From: Macrostomum lignano
Taxonomy: Eukaryota
NCBI GenBank assembly: GCA_002269645.1
Contig: NIVC01004006.1
Location: 1 to 64,000, forward strand
Direction: 5' to 3'
Length of the DNA: 64,000 nucleotides
Shown: piece after piece, positions 24,047-36,930 of the stretch
Position numbering within the stretch: position 1 is the first letter of the stretch
How the letters are laid out: every line of letters starts with the position of its first letter
Notes under the pieces: generated by a model
Seen by the model: the letters and a program-made list of their open reading frames with translations, nothing else
The model's database searches: none
Told to the model about the DNA's origin: nothing
Program-made: the position numbers and the translations under genes

Positions 24047-27000
24047 ATGTCATTTTTTATTATTTCTTTCTTTGTCTTGGTTGCAATGTGTGTTGGGTTA
24101 TATTTTTATTCAAGAAAGAGTGGGACTAAAATTGAAGGCAGCAGTGATCCAGGATTTGTATACTTTAGAAATCTCTACTTGGTTGTTTATCTTCTTGGAA
24201 TGGGTAAGTGTACTTATTTTATTTTTTATTATATAGCCTAGCTAGGACCTATTCTGACCATTTAATAGTTCACTATTGACTTGACCTAGGCCTAAGCCAG
24301 AGCCATCCTGGCTAATTTGATTATATAAAAGATCTTTTAATCCCCTATATTATACACCACACTTATAGACACGGCTGCCATGTCTATTTAAGTTTCTGCA
24401 TTAGATATAGCCACCATGTCTAAGTATGAATATAGACCTAGTCACTATTAGAGACATGGCCGCCGTGTCAATGAAACTTGCATGGCAGCCGTGTCATTAA
24501 TATTGAATGGGTTCACACTTAGAGACATGGTGGGTGGCTGTATAATTGCTGATATACATGTAAGCACATTAAATTCAACTTTAATTATTACAATATGGCA
24601 TAATTCCATTGTTACTAATAGCCTTTTTTATTATAATATAAAATATAACCAATACTTATCAATAGTATATTTATAATGACTTTTTGATATATAGTAAGCT
24701 CTATAAGGTTCTTGATAGAAGAAACAAATTAATTTAAAATGGTTCTTTGACATGGCTACCCTAGAAGACATTGACATTGATGTATTGATTCTTAATATAT
24801 CTTATTTATCTTCTTAGGTTGCTCCACAAGTACTTGCAAGAATGTGCAAGTTTGACTTACAGATATAGCTACATATATAATTGTGGCTGCACTTTAAGAT
24901 TTAGTGTTACTCTTATTAAAAATTTAATTTAATTTAATTGTAATATTTTATTTTAATTAAAAAACTTTAAAAGTTTAGGATGCAAAAATTTCTGTTTACT
25001 AAAAAAATTTCAAATAAAAAAACTGAGTACTTGAGATTTAAACCTTGCTATATGCAATCACAAGGCAATTGAGACATATCTACTAAGCTATCATTTGCTT
25101 ATAAGAGAGCCTTATAGAACATGCATTTTATATCAATGATTATAGCCATGCCTATAAGCTCCAATATTATAGGCACGGCCACTGTGCCATGCTTATAAAC
25201 TCTAATATTATAGATACAGCTGCCGTGCCATGCCTATAAACTCCAATATTAGAGACACGGCCGCCATGCCATGCCTATAAGCTCTAATATTATAGACATG
25301 GCTGCCATGCCTATAAGCTCCAATATTATAGACACGGCTGCCATGCCTATAAGCTCCAATATTATAGACACGGCTGCCGTGCCTATAAGCTCCAATATTA
25401 TAGACATGGCTGCCATGTCATGCCTATAAGCTCCAATATTATAGACAGGGCTGCCATGCCATGCCTATAAGCTCCAATATTATAGACACGGCTGCCATGC
25501 CTATAAGCTCCAATATTATAGACATGGCTGCCATGCCCTTAAGCTCCAATATTATAAACACGGCTGCCGTGCCTATAAGCTCCAATATTATAGACACGGC
25601 TGCCATGCTGTGCCTATAAGCTCCAATATTATAGACAAGGCTGCCATTGAAACGAAAAATTATATGGCTTTTTCCCATATTATCGTTTCCTTCTGCCAAC
25701 AGTTCAGGAAGACAACGAACAATGGACCTCGATGGTAACTTTCTCTGTGTGATCTCTAGAGTCACATTCTCAAACTTCAGGCGAGGATCTTTCCTCTTCA
25801 ATCAGTATATTTTATAAGCTAGCACACTGTATGCGAGCAACGAGGAATAGGAGCAGTAGGGGGAGAGAGTGGGATTTCAAGGCCCAATAGGCAGTGTCGG
25901 TCAGAGGTTGTGCATGCATCACGCGAGGGTCGCATGGCTGGGCTTCTTGCTCGCCGATCATCAGGACTATTTTTAGGCATGCAGATCTTGTGCATCTGGG
26001 GAGTTGCTGCCAAGGCTGGATGCTTGTTCACGCATCACGCGCGTGTCGGCTGATTTCTCCCATCCTCTTGCTATCGGCGCCTTCGTTTCACTTCAGTCGC
26101 TCTTTTTTCAGGGAAGCGAGGCCCTCCGAGCTCTGTTGAAAATAAGCTTGGAGCAATGATGACATGGCGTACAGTTGTGCATTTGCTTGCGATACGCAGT
26201 CCCACTTGGTAACTTGCAGTTGAGTTGATGTTGTTGAAACACGAAACTTGGTCAAGGGGCAAAGTGAACTTGTGACAACAGTGGATGAATTGTACCAGCA
26301 CATCCTCTTGACTATTTAATCAGATCTGAGAGGGGGATTGACGTGAACTCGGAAACTCGACAAATTGAATGGGCTTTTCGATGCCCTAAACAGTGATGCA
26401 AATAGGACTGGACATGGAGACTCGACAAATTGAAACAGCGTCTGGTAGACAGTCAGATCGGGATGCTGGCTGAAGGTACATTGCAGTTAAATAGGACGTC
26501 AAAAAATACCGTCTTGACCAAATTGATTGTGTAGATCTCTCAACGAGAGTTTCTTCTTGGAAGGGTAAACTGCGTCGCTTCTTGATCTTCGTCCATTGGT
26601 CTTGTTTAGTTCGAAGTTTTCCTTTACTGAAGGCAGGAAAGTCTCAGTTCTCGATTCATTCGAATGGCTGTTGAAGACATGCAGCAGAGCGATAACTGCA
26701 TGGGGTATCTGAGACTTCTGTCTAGCGGCGACTCACGCGGTCAGTGGAACCAATTGAAACGAAAAATTATATGGCTTTTTCCCATATTATCGTTTCCTTC
26801 TGCCAACAGTTCAGGAAGACAACAAACAATGGACCTCAATGGTAACTTTCTCTGTGTGATCTCTAGAGTCACATTCTCAAACTTCAGGTGAGGATCTTTC
26901 CTCTTCAATCAGTATATTTTATAAGCTAGCACACTGTACGCGAGCAACGAGGAATAGGAGCAGTAGGGGGAGAGAGTGGGATTTCAAGGCCCAATAGGCA

Positions 27001-30000
27001 GTGTCGGTCAAAGGTTGTGCATGCATCACGCGAGGGTCGCATGGCTGGGCTTCTTGCTCGCCGATCATCAGGACTATTTTTAGGCATGCAGATCTTGTGC
27101 ATCTGGGGAGTTGCTGCCAAGGCTGGATGCTTGTTCACGCATCACGCGCGTGTCGGCTGATTTCTCCCATCCTCTTGCTATCGGCGCCTTCGTTTCACTT
27201 CAATTTTAATAAATTGCCTAAATTATCTCTTATTCATGGTTAACAGTGATTTTGTCTAATTTTTTATTTGCCTTTTGTTTTGCCATCTTTTTGTTACACT
27301 AATTTTTATAGTAGGTTATTTTGTTTGCCAATTTGGTTATTTTGGTTGCTATTAGTTTGAGTCTCAATTGGACTTTTCCAAATTGTAATAAAATGTATAC
27401 AATAATATATGCTTAGGCACAACCTAGGGATTCAGCTGGCCATTTCTATTGGCAATACATATAAGTCACTATTGGACAGAATAATAGTCACATGACTGCT
27501 TTCAGCCAATAGTGATTTACATGTATGTTGCCAATGGAAATGGCCAAGTGATTCCCAAGGTTGTGCATGTAAATATAAGGGGTATCCCAAAAGTTCTTGG
27601 AATGTCTAATGTAGCTCTTCAATGGAGCCGGGAAATTTCCTGCCCATGGTGTCAAATTAAAGGAAATTTTGTCACAAAGAAAACAAAGTTAAAATCATGT
27701 TGATAATATTGATATCTTTTTTTATTTAGGAGCTGCAGCAAAAAAACATGTGCAAAGGTCAGGGGTAGTGTTACACAATCTCAAAAATCTATGGCAATGA
27801 TTTTAAACAATAAACACAGAACAGTTCATACCATTGATGAATCCTTGGGGCATGCACCAATTAAAAATTCAAAGCAAATCATCAAGCTCAACCTGTGGCT
27901 TCTCTATGTAGTCCCCATTCAGTTGGACACACCTCTGCCACCTTGAAAGCATGCTGTTGATGGCCTGGCCAAAAACAGTTTCAATCTGTTGATAGGATGT
28001 CTCGCCACCCAACGTGCAAGAATGGCCAGAGCGTGGCTGATAATTCATAGCAGACTGGCCATCTCTAAAGTGTTCGATCCATCTATAAATGGCAGCTTTT
28101 TCAGGCTGTTCTTGATGAGAGATTAGACATTTTAACTTTGTTTTCTTTGTGACAAGATTTATTTTCATTTGACACCATGGGCATGAAATTTCACGGCTCC
28201 ATTGAAGAGCTATATTAGACATTCCGGAAACTTTTGGGACAACCCTCGTAATAGTAAAATGTGCTATGCAAAAATTGTAAATATAACTCTATAGTATATA
28301 ATTTAGTAGATTCTTAGTTTTGTGCTTTGCAATATTATTTATTAATCTAGATATTGATCTAAAAGGGATTTTGTTATTCCAGAAGCCCCATCATGAAAAG
28401 TATTATCCCATTTAGATTAGTATTGCAATGGGATGGTTGATTTTAGGTCTTAGGGCATTATTTTTAAATAGATTTTAGTAGATGTTGATCTAAGGGGGTG
28501 TACTAGAAAAGTAGGATGCATTTTTTGTCCCAAAAATTTGCAGAGAATTTGCACCAGAAGCCTCTGTCTTTACAAGCATGCTTTTTTCCTAAAAAAATTG
28601 CAGAAAGAATTTGCACCAGAAGCCCTATCTTGACAACTACTATGTAGCTAAGCCTAAAAGACAAAAGGCAGTTTAATCAGAAAAAAAGAAACAAGCAAAC
28701 AAAAAGAAAAACATAATAATAAAACAAAAACAAGCTAAAAATTAACCAATTATAATCCAAAGCTGGCTAATCTAGCTAGCTAGTGAAAAGCAAAAAGTTG
28801 CAAAAGTTGCAAAAAGTTGCAAAAATGCACACCTGAAAGAGTATAAACTTTACTACTAGTTACTAATTAGATGATAAGGCATTTAGCCTCAATATAGATA
28901 TAGTTGCTTTTGCCATCATTATTATTGCTAGCATATGATAAAATATATTTTTTCTATTTGTTTAATTTATAAAGAGCTTCAGGTAATGGTCTATTATAAT
29001 TATTATTTTATTTTACAGATAATTCATTAGAACAAAAATATTTTTATCTATTCTAGTCTTGGGCCCAAGCAACTAATAATATATAATTGTTAATATGGCC
29101 CATTTATTTAACTCCCAACTCTTATTTGCTATGATTTAATTTTATGAAAAATACTACTAAAATCATAATGCCATTTGGCACCTGGAGCCAAAAAAAGCAG
29201 GATGCTACCCTAGTCACTTAAGAGTTAAATTTTAGAATTTTTTCCATACCCTTTTACATTGCTAAAATAAACTCATAGCAGTATAATATAAAGCTAAAGT
29301 AAATGATAATTGTTATATAAAATGCTTCATCTTCACACCCAATTATGTTAGCTGGCGACTGGCTGCAAGGCCCCTATGTGTACGCCCTGTATGAGCACTA
29401 CAAGCTGTCCAAGCGGGACATTGAGTTCCTATTCGTTGCCGGATTCGGAGCAAGCATGCTGTTTGGCACTGTTGTCGGCTCTTTTTCCGATAAATTTGGT
29501 CGCCAACGTAACTGCATTCTGTATGGCATTATCTACAGCTTGTCCTGTCTGACTAAGCACTCCAGCAATTTCTGGGTACTGTTGCTAGGCAGGTTGCTAG
29601 GCGGCACAGCTACTAGTATACTGTGGAGTGGCTTTGAAACCTGGCTGATACACGAGCATCATAGTAGAGGCTACAGCGATAGGCTACTAGAAGAGATTTT
29701 TAGTTGGGCCACTATCGGCAATAGCATCGTAGCCATTGTGTGCGGCATTGCTGCCCAATACGCTGTTGACTTATTCGGCTTTGTTGCTCCATTCGATATG
29801 GCTCTGATCATTCTAGTCATTATGACCGTCATTGTTTGGCTCAAATGGCCGGAAAACTACGGCGATGCCAGTGCAGATTTGAAGAAGAACTTCTCTGACG
29901 CTTTGACAACTGTGCGCACTGATAGGAGAGTCTTGTGTCTGGGCGTTGTACAGTCCCTGTTCGAGGGCAGCATGTACTGCTTTGTACTGGAATGGACTCC

Positions 30001-32983
30001 GGCATTGACTCCGTCTGCTGCCTGTGAGATATTCTCACTTCTTTGGGGGGGGGTGGAATTTCCCAAAATACTGAGATAATTTGCGTCCTTAATATTGTAT
30101 TTGGTTAAATGTCAGTGGAATAAACATACCTGCTTGCCTCTTCGGTGATCATTGGGTGGTGACGTCATTCCTATTACACTTTCTGTCGCGTAATATAACT
30201 ATAACTTCCTCATCATTGGTCTTTTTCGTCCTACCATCCGTTTTTCACAATTTGCTTTCCATCATGCGCTCAAACTGATCAGAGTCTAATCTTTTTAATA
30301 TCTGTCCCTCAAATAACTTTTCCATATCCTGTTCTTTCCCAGTTCCCTTTCCTCTCTCTCCTGACCTAACCTCCCTCTCACCCTCTCCCCCCCCCCTTTG
30401 TCTCTCCATCTCCCTTTCCCTCTCTCACTCTCCCTCTCACTCTCCCTCTCTCTCTCCTTCCCTCCTCTCTTTCTGTCTGCCTCTCTCTCCTTCCCTTCCC
30501 TCTCTATCTCCCACTTTTCTCTCCCTCTCCCTCTTAACCTCTCCGTCATTTCTACGTCTTCGTCAATGCACAGCTCTCATACTGTGACTGTCCCGCCCTA
30601 CCCAGCCACCATGAGCAGCGGTCACGCGGGCAAAATCCCGCACGGCTACATCTTCGCGGCCTACATGGTTAGCCTGATGATTGGCGGCCAGTTGTTCTCG
30701 TTCTGCTGCAACCGGTCCAAGCCGGAGTCCTTCATGCGCTGGGTGTTTGGCCTGAGCTCAGTCTGTCTGGTTCAGCCAGCCCTGATGCGCAGTGATTCGC
30801 TGATCCCAATCACCTTTGTTGGCTTCCTTGTGTTCGAGTGCTGCGTTGGACTGTTCTGGCCGGCTATTGGCACTATGAGGAGCAAATATGTGCCGGATTC
30901 CAGTGAGTTTGGGCTTGGATAAAAAACTGATAGATTAAAACACATAGATTGTCTAAACTATGTTAAGATTTCTGGTCAGACAAAGACCTGAAATGTGTGT
31001 CTTATGAGATCATCTGAATGGACAAATACCTGGAATTTCTGTTGAGTTATCTGAGATCATCTGAATTGACAAAGACTTGGAATGTCTGTTTTGGCTATCA
31101 GAGATCATCTAATGGACAAAGACCTGGAATGTCTGTTTTGGCTATCAGAGATCATCTAATGGACAAAGACATTGAATGTCTGTTTTGGTTATCTGAGATT
31201 ATCTGAATGGACAAAAACCTGGAATGTCTGTTTTGGTTTTCAGAGATCATCTGAATGGACAAAGACCTGGAATGTCTGTTTTGGTTATCAGAGATCATCT
31301 GAATGGACAAAGACTTGGAATGTCTGTTTTGGCTATCAGAGATCATCTAATGGACAAAGACCTGGAATGTCTGTTTTGGTTATCTGAGATCATCTGAATG
31401 GACAAAGACCTGGAATGTTTGTTTTGGTTATCAGAGACCATCTGAATGGATAAAGACCTGGAATGTCTGTTTTGGCTATCAGAGATCATCTAATGGACAA
31501 AGACCTGGAATGTCTGTTTTGGTTATCTGAGATCATCTGAATGGACAAAGACCTGGAATGTCTTTTTTGGTTATCAGAGATCATCTGAATGGACAAAGAC
31601 CTGGAATGTCTGTTGAGTTATCTGAGATTATCTGAATGGACAAAGACCTGGAATGTCTGTTTTGGTTATCAGAGATCATCTGAATGGACAAAGACCTGGA
31701 ATGTCTGTTTTGGTTATCAGAGATCATCTGAGTGGACAAAGACCTGGAATGTCTGTTTTGGTTATCTGAGATTATCTGAATGGACAAAGACCTTGAATGC
31801 CTGTTGAGCTGATAATGAGGCAATCGCACCGCAAAATCCGCAGTTCGCGCCACCATCATGAACCTGTTCCGCATTCCGCTCAACCTGGTTGTGGTGATTA
31901 TTCTAACTCAGAATTTTCCAATCGTGTTCATCTTCAAGTGCTGCGTATTTTTCCTGATCATCTGCTGCGGCATTCAGTTCTACTTGGAACGGTGAGCTGA
32001 GTTCGCGTTTAGTACTGACGCCAATGAGTTCAGTGGGCTATAATCTCTGTTTACATGAGTTCTGCTCAGTAGCTTTGCGCGTCTAAGCCTTAAGCCTAAC
32101 AAAATCCATTAGGACAAAAAATATGTTTTTTTATCGTGGGCAAACACAGTCTGCACTATTGAAATGGGTAACAGCTGTGCAAAATGCATTTCCTGCTTTT
32201 AGAAAAATTGGCATTTCTTTAATATCATTTAGAATTGACTTAATCTGTCTATTTTATGGCTAGGAAACTTAATAAACTTTTCTAATCTCTCTGAATCTCA
32301 ATCGGTAGTTTCTGAATCTCAAACAGTAGTTTCATAATCTCAATAATAAAACTCTGAATCTCAGTCAGATAAATCTGAATCTCAGTCCGTAGTTTTAGAT
32401 TCTCAATTTCTTGATCTCAATTTCTTAATCTCTGAAGAGTTTCTCTGAAGAGTTTCTTAATCTCAATCGGCAGCTTCTGAATCACAATCAGTAGTTTCTG
32501 AATCACGATCGGTAGTTTCTGAATCACAGTCGGTAGTTTCTGAATCTTAATCGGTAGTTTCTGAATCTTAATCGGTAGTTTCTGAATCTCAATCGGTAGT
32601 TTCTGAATCTCAAACATTAGTTTCTGAATCTCAATCGGTAGTTTCTAAACTCAATCGGTAGTTTCTGAATCTCAATCGGTAGTTTCGGAATCTCAATCGG
32701 TAGTTTCTGAATCTCAATCGGCAGCTTCTGAATCTCAGTCGTTAGTTTCTGAATCACGATCGGCAGTTTCTGAATCACAATCGGCAGTTTCTGAATCACA
32801 ATCGGCAGTTTCTGAATCACGATCGGCAGTTTCTGAAATCTTAGCCAGTCTTGAATGCATTTTAAATAATTTTGTTGTTTTTCCAGCCTTACTCGCGATG
32901 AAGCCCCGGTGGAGTCTGCAGACGGTCAGACGGCAGAGAAGTCTACAGAAGATGGCCGAAAAGAGTTTCAAGGCATTGCCTGA
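24047..32983 (+). CDS. MFSD5: Molybdate-anion transporter (MFS domain-containing protein 5), 5 exons, ~456 aa
   Basis: join(24047..24203, 29352..30023, 30606..30902, 31844..31991, 32887..32983) is 1371 nt, all GT-AG and in phase. Motifs include AGDWLQGPYVY, SDKFGR, GRLLGG.ATSIL..FE.W, QSLFEGSMY.FV.EWTP, FWPAIGTMRSKYVP and RATIMNLFRIPLN. Confidence 0.93.
25140..25645. repeat. 36-41 bp minisatellite in MFSD5 intron 1
   Basis: Unit GCCTATAAGCTCCAATATTATAGACACGGCTGCCAT, ~13 copies. Confidence 0.95.
25648..27198. repeat. ~445-bp near-identical direct repeats (25648-26092 and 26751-27198) flanking ~660 bp of unique DNA
   Basis: Both copies run from ATTGAAACGAAAAATTATATGG to CGTTTCACTTCA with only a few substitutions. 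Confidence 0.9.
27576..28248 (-). mobile_element. Internally deleted mariner element with TA TSD
   Basis: Inverted ends of ~130 bp (TA|TAAGGGGTATCCCAAAAG vs TA|CGAGGGTTGTCCCAAAAG). The residual ORF joins the mariner HTH (IYRWIEHFRDGQ...PRSG) to the C-terminus (INSMLSRWQRCVQLNGDYIEK); the DD34D core is missing. Confidence 0.88.
30330..30545. repeat. CT-rich low-complexity tract in MFSD5 intron 2
   Basis: Imperfect (CT)n / polypyrimidine run. Confidence 0.85.
30975..31805. repeat. 48-bp minisatellite (~17 copies) in MFSD5 intron 3
   Basis: Unit CTGAATGGACAAAGACCTGGAATGTCTGTTTTGGTTATCAGAGATCAT. Confidence 0.96.
32290..32840. repeat. 21-bp minisatellite in MFSD5 intron 4
   Basis: Unit TCTGAATCTCAATCGGTAGTT. 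Confidence 0.95.
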
Positions 32984-33879
32984 ACCTGAACTAAATAGTG
33001 TTTTAAGGACGATTTTCATAGGCTTATGGTATAGGATAAGCAGGTCACGTGCCACAGTGCGTGTTTCTTACCTTGTCTTATTTTATGTGGGCTAGCTATC
33101 CTATATGATTTCTAAGATTTTCTTTGTTTTCTAAACATCCTTTTGCGTGAGTTTTTATTGTTATTAAATAAACGTTTGCTTCTAACTGAAGAATGAGACT
33201 TTATTAAGACAGGCAGGCATCAGACAGATGACACAGATGGAATGATTGTCTGATAGTTGTAAACTAAATAACCAATATTTAATATTATATGTTATCATCA
33301 GTGCCTGGTATATATTCTACTATAAATATCACAGTGTGATAATTGTGACATTCCATTACGTCTGTTAGTTTTTGTTAAAATAACGTTTTTAATAGCCTGC
33401 CTATCAATATTACGGTAACTTATTATATTTTTTGTTTAAAAAATCATCACGTCCTTAGTTAGCTACTCATGAGTATGCGGAAAGTAGTATAACATGTGAA
33501 TTGGCTGAACGGGTTATAGAGAAATTTTTAAATTAGCGCTAATGTAATCGGAATTGGCATACCCTACAGTATGCACACCCTATACACGCTGTCATTTTTT
33601 CTGTTTAGCTAGATTTTGTAGTTTCGCGTTATTAATAGTATGTTAAAATTCACGTATGTTGTTTATTGCCGCGTGTGCGCTCTTTATTTGTATATTGTTT
33701 CATTTTCTAACGAACTATCAAAACGTTGTTGGAGTTTTTACGTTTTTTGTCTAAGTTTGTTTTTGCTGCTCTTAGCAATGCCTTAATAAAATCGTTCTGA
33801 AAAATAGACTTTTGAGATAATTTAACCTTTTAATTTTAAGTCCGAAATCACCTTTCAGCTAGTACTCAGAAGTGTAGCC

Positions 33880-34775
33880 CACCCCATAGAATCGCCCCTG
33901 ATACCCAACAGCCTGCCCCATAGAATCGCCCCTGATACCCAACAGCCTGCCCCATAGAATCGCCCCTGATACCCAACAGCCTGCCCCATAGAATCGCCCC
34001 TGATACCCAACAGCCTGCCCCATAGAATCGCCCCTGATACCCAACAGCCTGCCCCATAGAATCGCCCCTGATACCCAACAGCCTGCCCCATAGAATCGCC
34101 CCTGATACCAACCAACAGCCTGCCCCATAGAATCTCCCCTGATACCCAACAGCCTGCCCAATAGAATCGTCCCTGATACCAACCAACAGCCTGCCCCATA
34201 GAATCGCCCCTGATACCCAACAGCCTTCCCCATAAATTCGCCCCTGATACCCAACAGCCTTCCCCATAGAAACGCCCCTGATACCCAACAGTCTGCCGAA
34301 TAGAATCGCCCCTGATACCCAACAGTCTGCCCAATAGAATCGCCCCTGATACCCAACAGTCTGCCCAATAGAATCGCCCCTGATACCCAACAGCCTGCCC
34401 AATAGAATCGCCCCTGATACCCAACAGCCTGCCCCATAGAATCGCCCCTGATACCCAACAGTCTGCCCAATAGAATCGCCCCTGATACCCAACAGCCTGC
34501 CCCATAGAATCTCCCCTGATACCCAACAGCCTGCCCCATAGAATCGCCCCTGATACCCAACAGTCTGCCCAATAGAATCGCCCCTGATACCCAACAGCCT
34601 GTCCCATAGAATCGCCCCTGATACCCAACAGCCTGCCCCATAGAATCTCCCCTGATACCCAACAGCCTTACCCATAGATTCGCCCCTGATACCCAACAGC
34701 CTGCCCTATAGAATCTCCCCTGATACCCAACAGCCTGCCCTATAGAAACTCCCCTGATACCCAACAGCCTGCCCC
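33880..34775. repeat. 34-bp minisatellite (~26 copies) just upstream of the Schlafen-like ORF
   Basis: Unit CAGCCTGCCCCATAGAATCGCCCCTGATACCCAA. Confidence 0.97.
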
Positions 34776-34902
34776 AAATAGATAAATCGATAGCAACATC
34801 AGTTGAAGCTTTGCCAACCCTGATTGCTGCGCAGTTGCAGACCGCTCGCCACGCTACATATGTACTGGGACATAAAAAGCCACTTACCTATCTAAATACG
34901 CA

Positions 34903-36351
34903 ATGCACGTGTCTACAGAGAAAGGCTCTCGCAGACGAATTTTTAACACTGATGAAGATTCACCAGATGCTGCACTGCAATCCTTGCCGGCCAGCGCAGT
35001 TACAATGTGTGTAAAAGAAAACTGCTACTATTATCCGCTTGGTTGCACTCTTAATTGCGTCGAGAATAATCGCTACGAGTTCAAGGGACATTGCTCGCTT
35101 ACCTGGGCGAAAATCACCGGCGATGCTTCTGTTGTAAAAACGCCTCACAATGACGACCTGCCAAACACAGTTTTAAATCCCAAGTACACAGGTAAAAAGC
35201 CAATCAGTCGCAGTCTGTGCGCAATGGCAAATTCGCCAGATGGCGGGGTTGTTCTCTGCGGCGTCACTGACAGCGGTCGGGTTGGCGGGTTGCCTTTCTC
35301 CGAGCCCGAGAAGGAGCACGTGATGCTGGCGCTTAATAAATTGTTTAGCGATTTCCGACCGCCAGTTGGTCCGGAACGGTATCGGGTGCACTTTGTGCCC
35401 GTTCTGGCCCCGGGCGAGGTCGACGAGTACATTAGTTGTCACGCTCCTCCAGACTTAGACTCTTCAGCGAGTCCTGTTGTTGAAGCTTCTAAATCTGACC
35501 AAGTTGACCAGTCTAGCTTGTTTGGCTCTTTGTCAAACAATAATGGTGCTAACGATGGTTTAAGCAGCTCATCGCCAGTTAAAACTTGGATGGATTCCCC
35601 ATTTTCAAGCGAGCATCCGGACAGTTTACTGTCAAAGCCTTTGCTAACTCTTGCAAAGAATGCCTCATCAGATTCAATGCTTAATTACAAATCTGGCAGT
35701 CAAAGCGATTTGATGAATCAGCCTCTGATGTCTGATCTTGATTCTGAGTTAAAGACTCCGTTGCCAACCAAAGAGAACAAAGACTCCGAGTTGCCACCGA
35801 CCAAAGAAGCAGACAAAAATTCCGAGGAGTCGTCTTTGTCGGAAACTCAGTCGGGTAGTAACGAGTCCAGGCCGCACCGGTTGCACGACTTCATGCACTG
35901 CTGGTGCTTCTTGCTTCGGGTGGACAGATATACCGACGGCGTGTCCACTAGAAGATACGTATTGCGAATTGAGATGCTGCCCCAGGTATTTACTACTATT
36001 TCTGTTGACCGTTATTTGGCTTTAAACGACAATTATTCAACCGTAGACGACAATAATGACGGCACTGATGAAGCTGATTGCAGCGATGCTGAGGATTCCA
36101 TTGACTTTGAAGAAGAAGATGAGTTCTTATCTATGGAGCCGTTGTCAATTAAAATACCGGTGTTTGTGTGCAACGAAGAGGGTCTTTTCCAGGTGCGCTG
36201 TCTTGGCGCCAACAGGTGCTTGTCTGCGCTGCAGGTGCAGCAGCTGGCTGAGGAGCGGGCACTGTCCGCCCTGCAGGACGAGCTTGTTGAACTGCGCCGC
36301 GATGTCAGACAGTTGCGTCAGTTGCGCGATCAAGTATTCGGGGATACCTGA
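34903..36351 (+). CDS. Intronless Schlafen/AlbA_2-domain protein (SLFNL1-like), 482 aa
   Basis: Motifs ENNRYEFK and LCAMANSPDGGVVLCGVTDSGRVGG...FRPPV...YRVHFVPV. A Ser-rich insert and acidic tract follow, and the C-terminus looks like a coiled coil. Confidence 0.85.
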   Translation: MHVSTEKGSRRRIFNTDEDSPDAALQSLPASAVTMCVKENCYYYPLGCTLNCVENNRYEFKGHCSLTWAKITGDASVVKTPHNDDLPNTVLNPKYTGKKPISRSLCAMANSPDGGVVLCGVTDSGRVGGLPFSEPEKEHVMLALNKLFSDFRPPVGPERYRVHFVPVLAPGEVDEYISCHAPPDLDSSASPVVEASKSDQVDQSSLFGSLSNNNGANDGLSSSSPVKTWMDSPFSSEHPDSLLSKPLLTLAKNASSDSMLNYKSGSQSDLMNQPLMSDLDSELKTPLPTKENKDSELPPTKEADKNSEESSLSETQSGSNESRPHRLHDFMHCWCFLLRVDRYTDGVSTRRYVLRIEMLPQVFTTISVDRYLALNDNYSTVDDNNDGTDEADCSDAEDSIDFEEEDEFLSMEPLSIKIPVFVCNEEGLFQVRCLGANRCLSALQVQQLAEERALSALQDELVELRRDVRQLRQLRDQVFGDT

Positions 36352-36574
36352 AAGCAATGCTTTTCCAGAGTTCGTTCTGCCTGAAAAGTGCCAATCCTGC
36401 GTCGCATTAGACTTTCTCATTATTGGCTTGCATGAAAATATTATATAATAAATCTAGCACTTTGTGGAAATAAGAGTACTATACTCGTACTCGTATATTT
36501 CGTTGAGGTCAGTTAGACAGTTCTCTAGAGGCAGCTGTTGGGCACCATTGTAAGGTATATTGGGACAGTTCGAC

Positions 36575-36930
36575 ATGACTCTTGGAGGCAGTTAGACATG
36601 ACTCTTGGAGGCAGTTAGACATGACTCTTGGAGGCAGTTAGACATGACTTTTGGAGGCAGTTAGACATGACTCTAGGAGGCAGGCAGTTAGACATGACTC
36701 TAGGAGGCAGTTAGACTTGACTCTAGGAGGCAGTTAGACATCACTCTAGGAGGCAGGCAGTTAGACATGACTCTAGGAGGCAGTTAGACATGACTCTAGG
36801 AGGCAGGCAGTTAGACATCACTCTAGGAGGCAGGCAGTTAGACATGACTCTAGGAGGCAGTTAGACATGACTCTAGGAGGCAGTTAGACATCACTCTAGG
36901 AGGCAGTTAGACATGACTCTAGAAGGTAGT
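36575..36930. repeat. 23-bp minisatellite
   Basis: Unit GGAGGCAGTTAGACATGACTCTA, ~15 copies. Confidence 0.95.
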
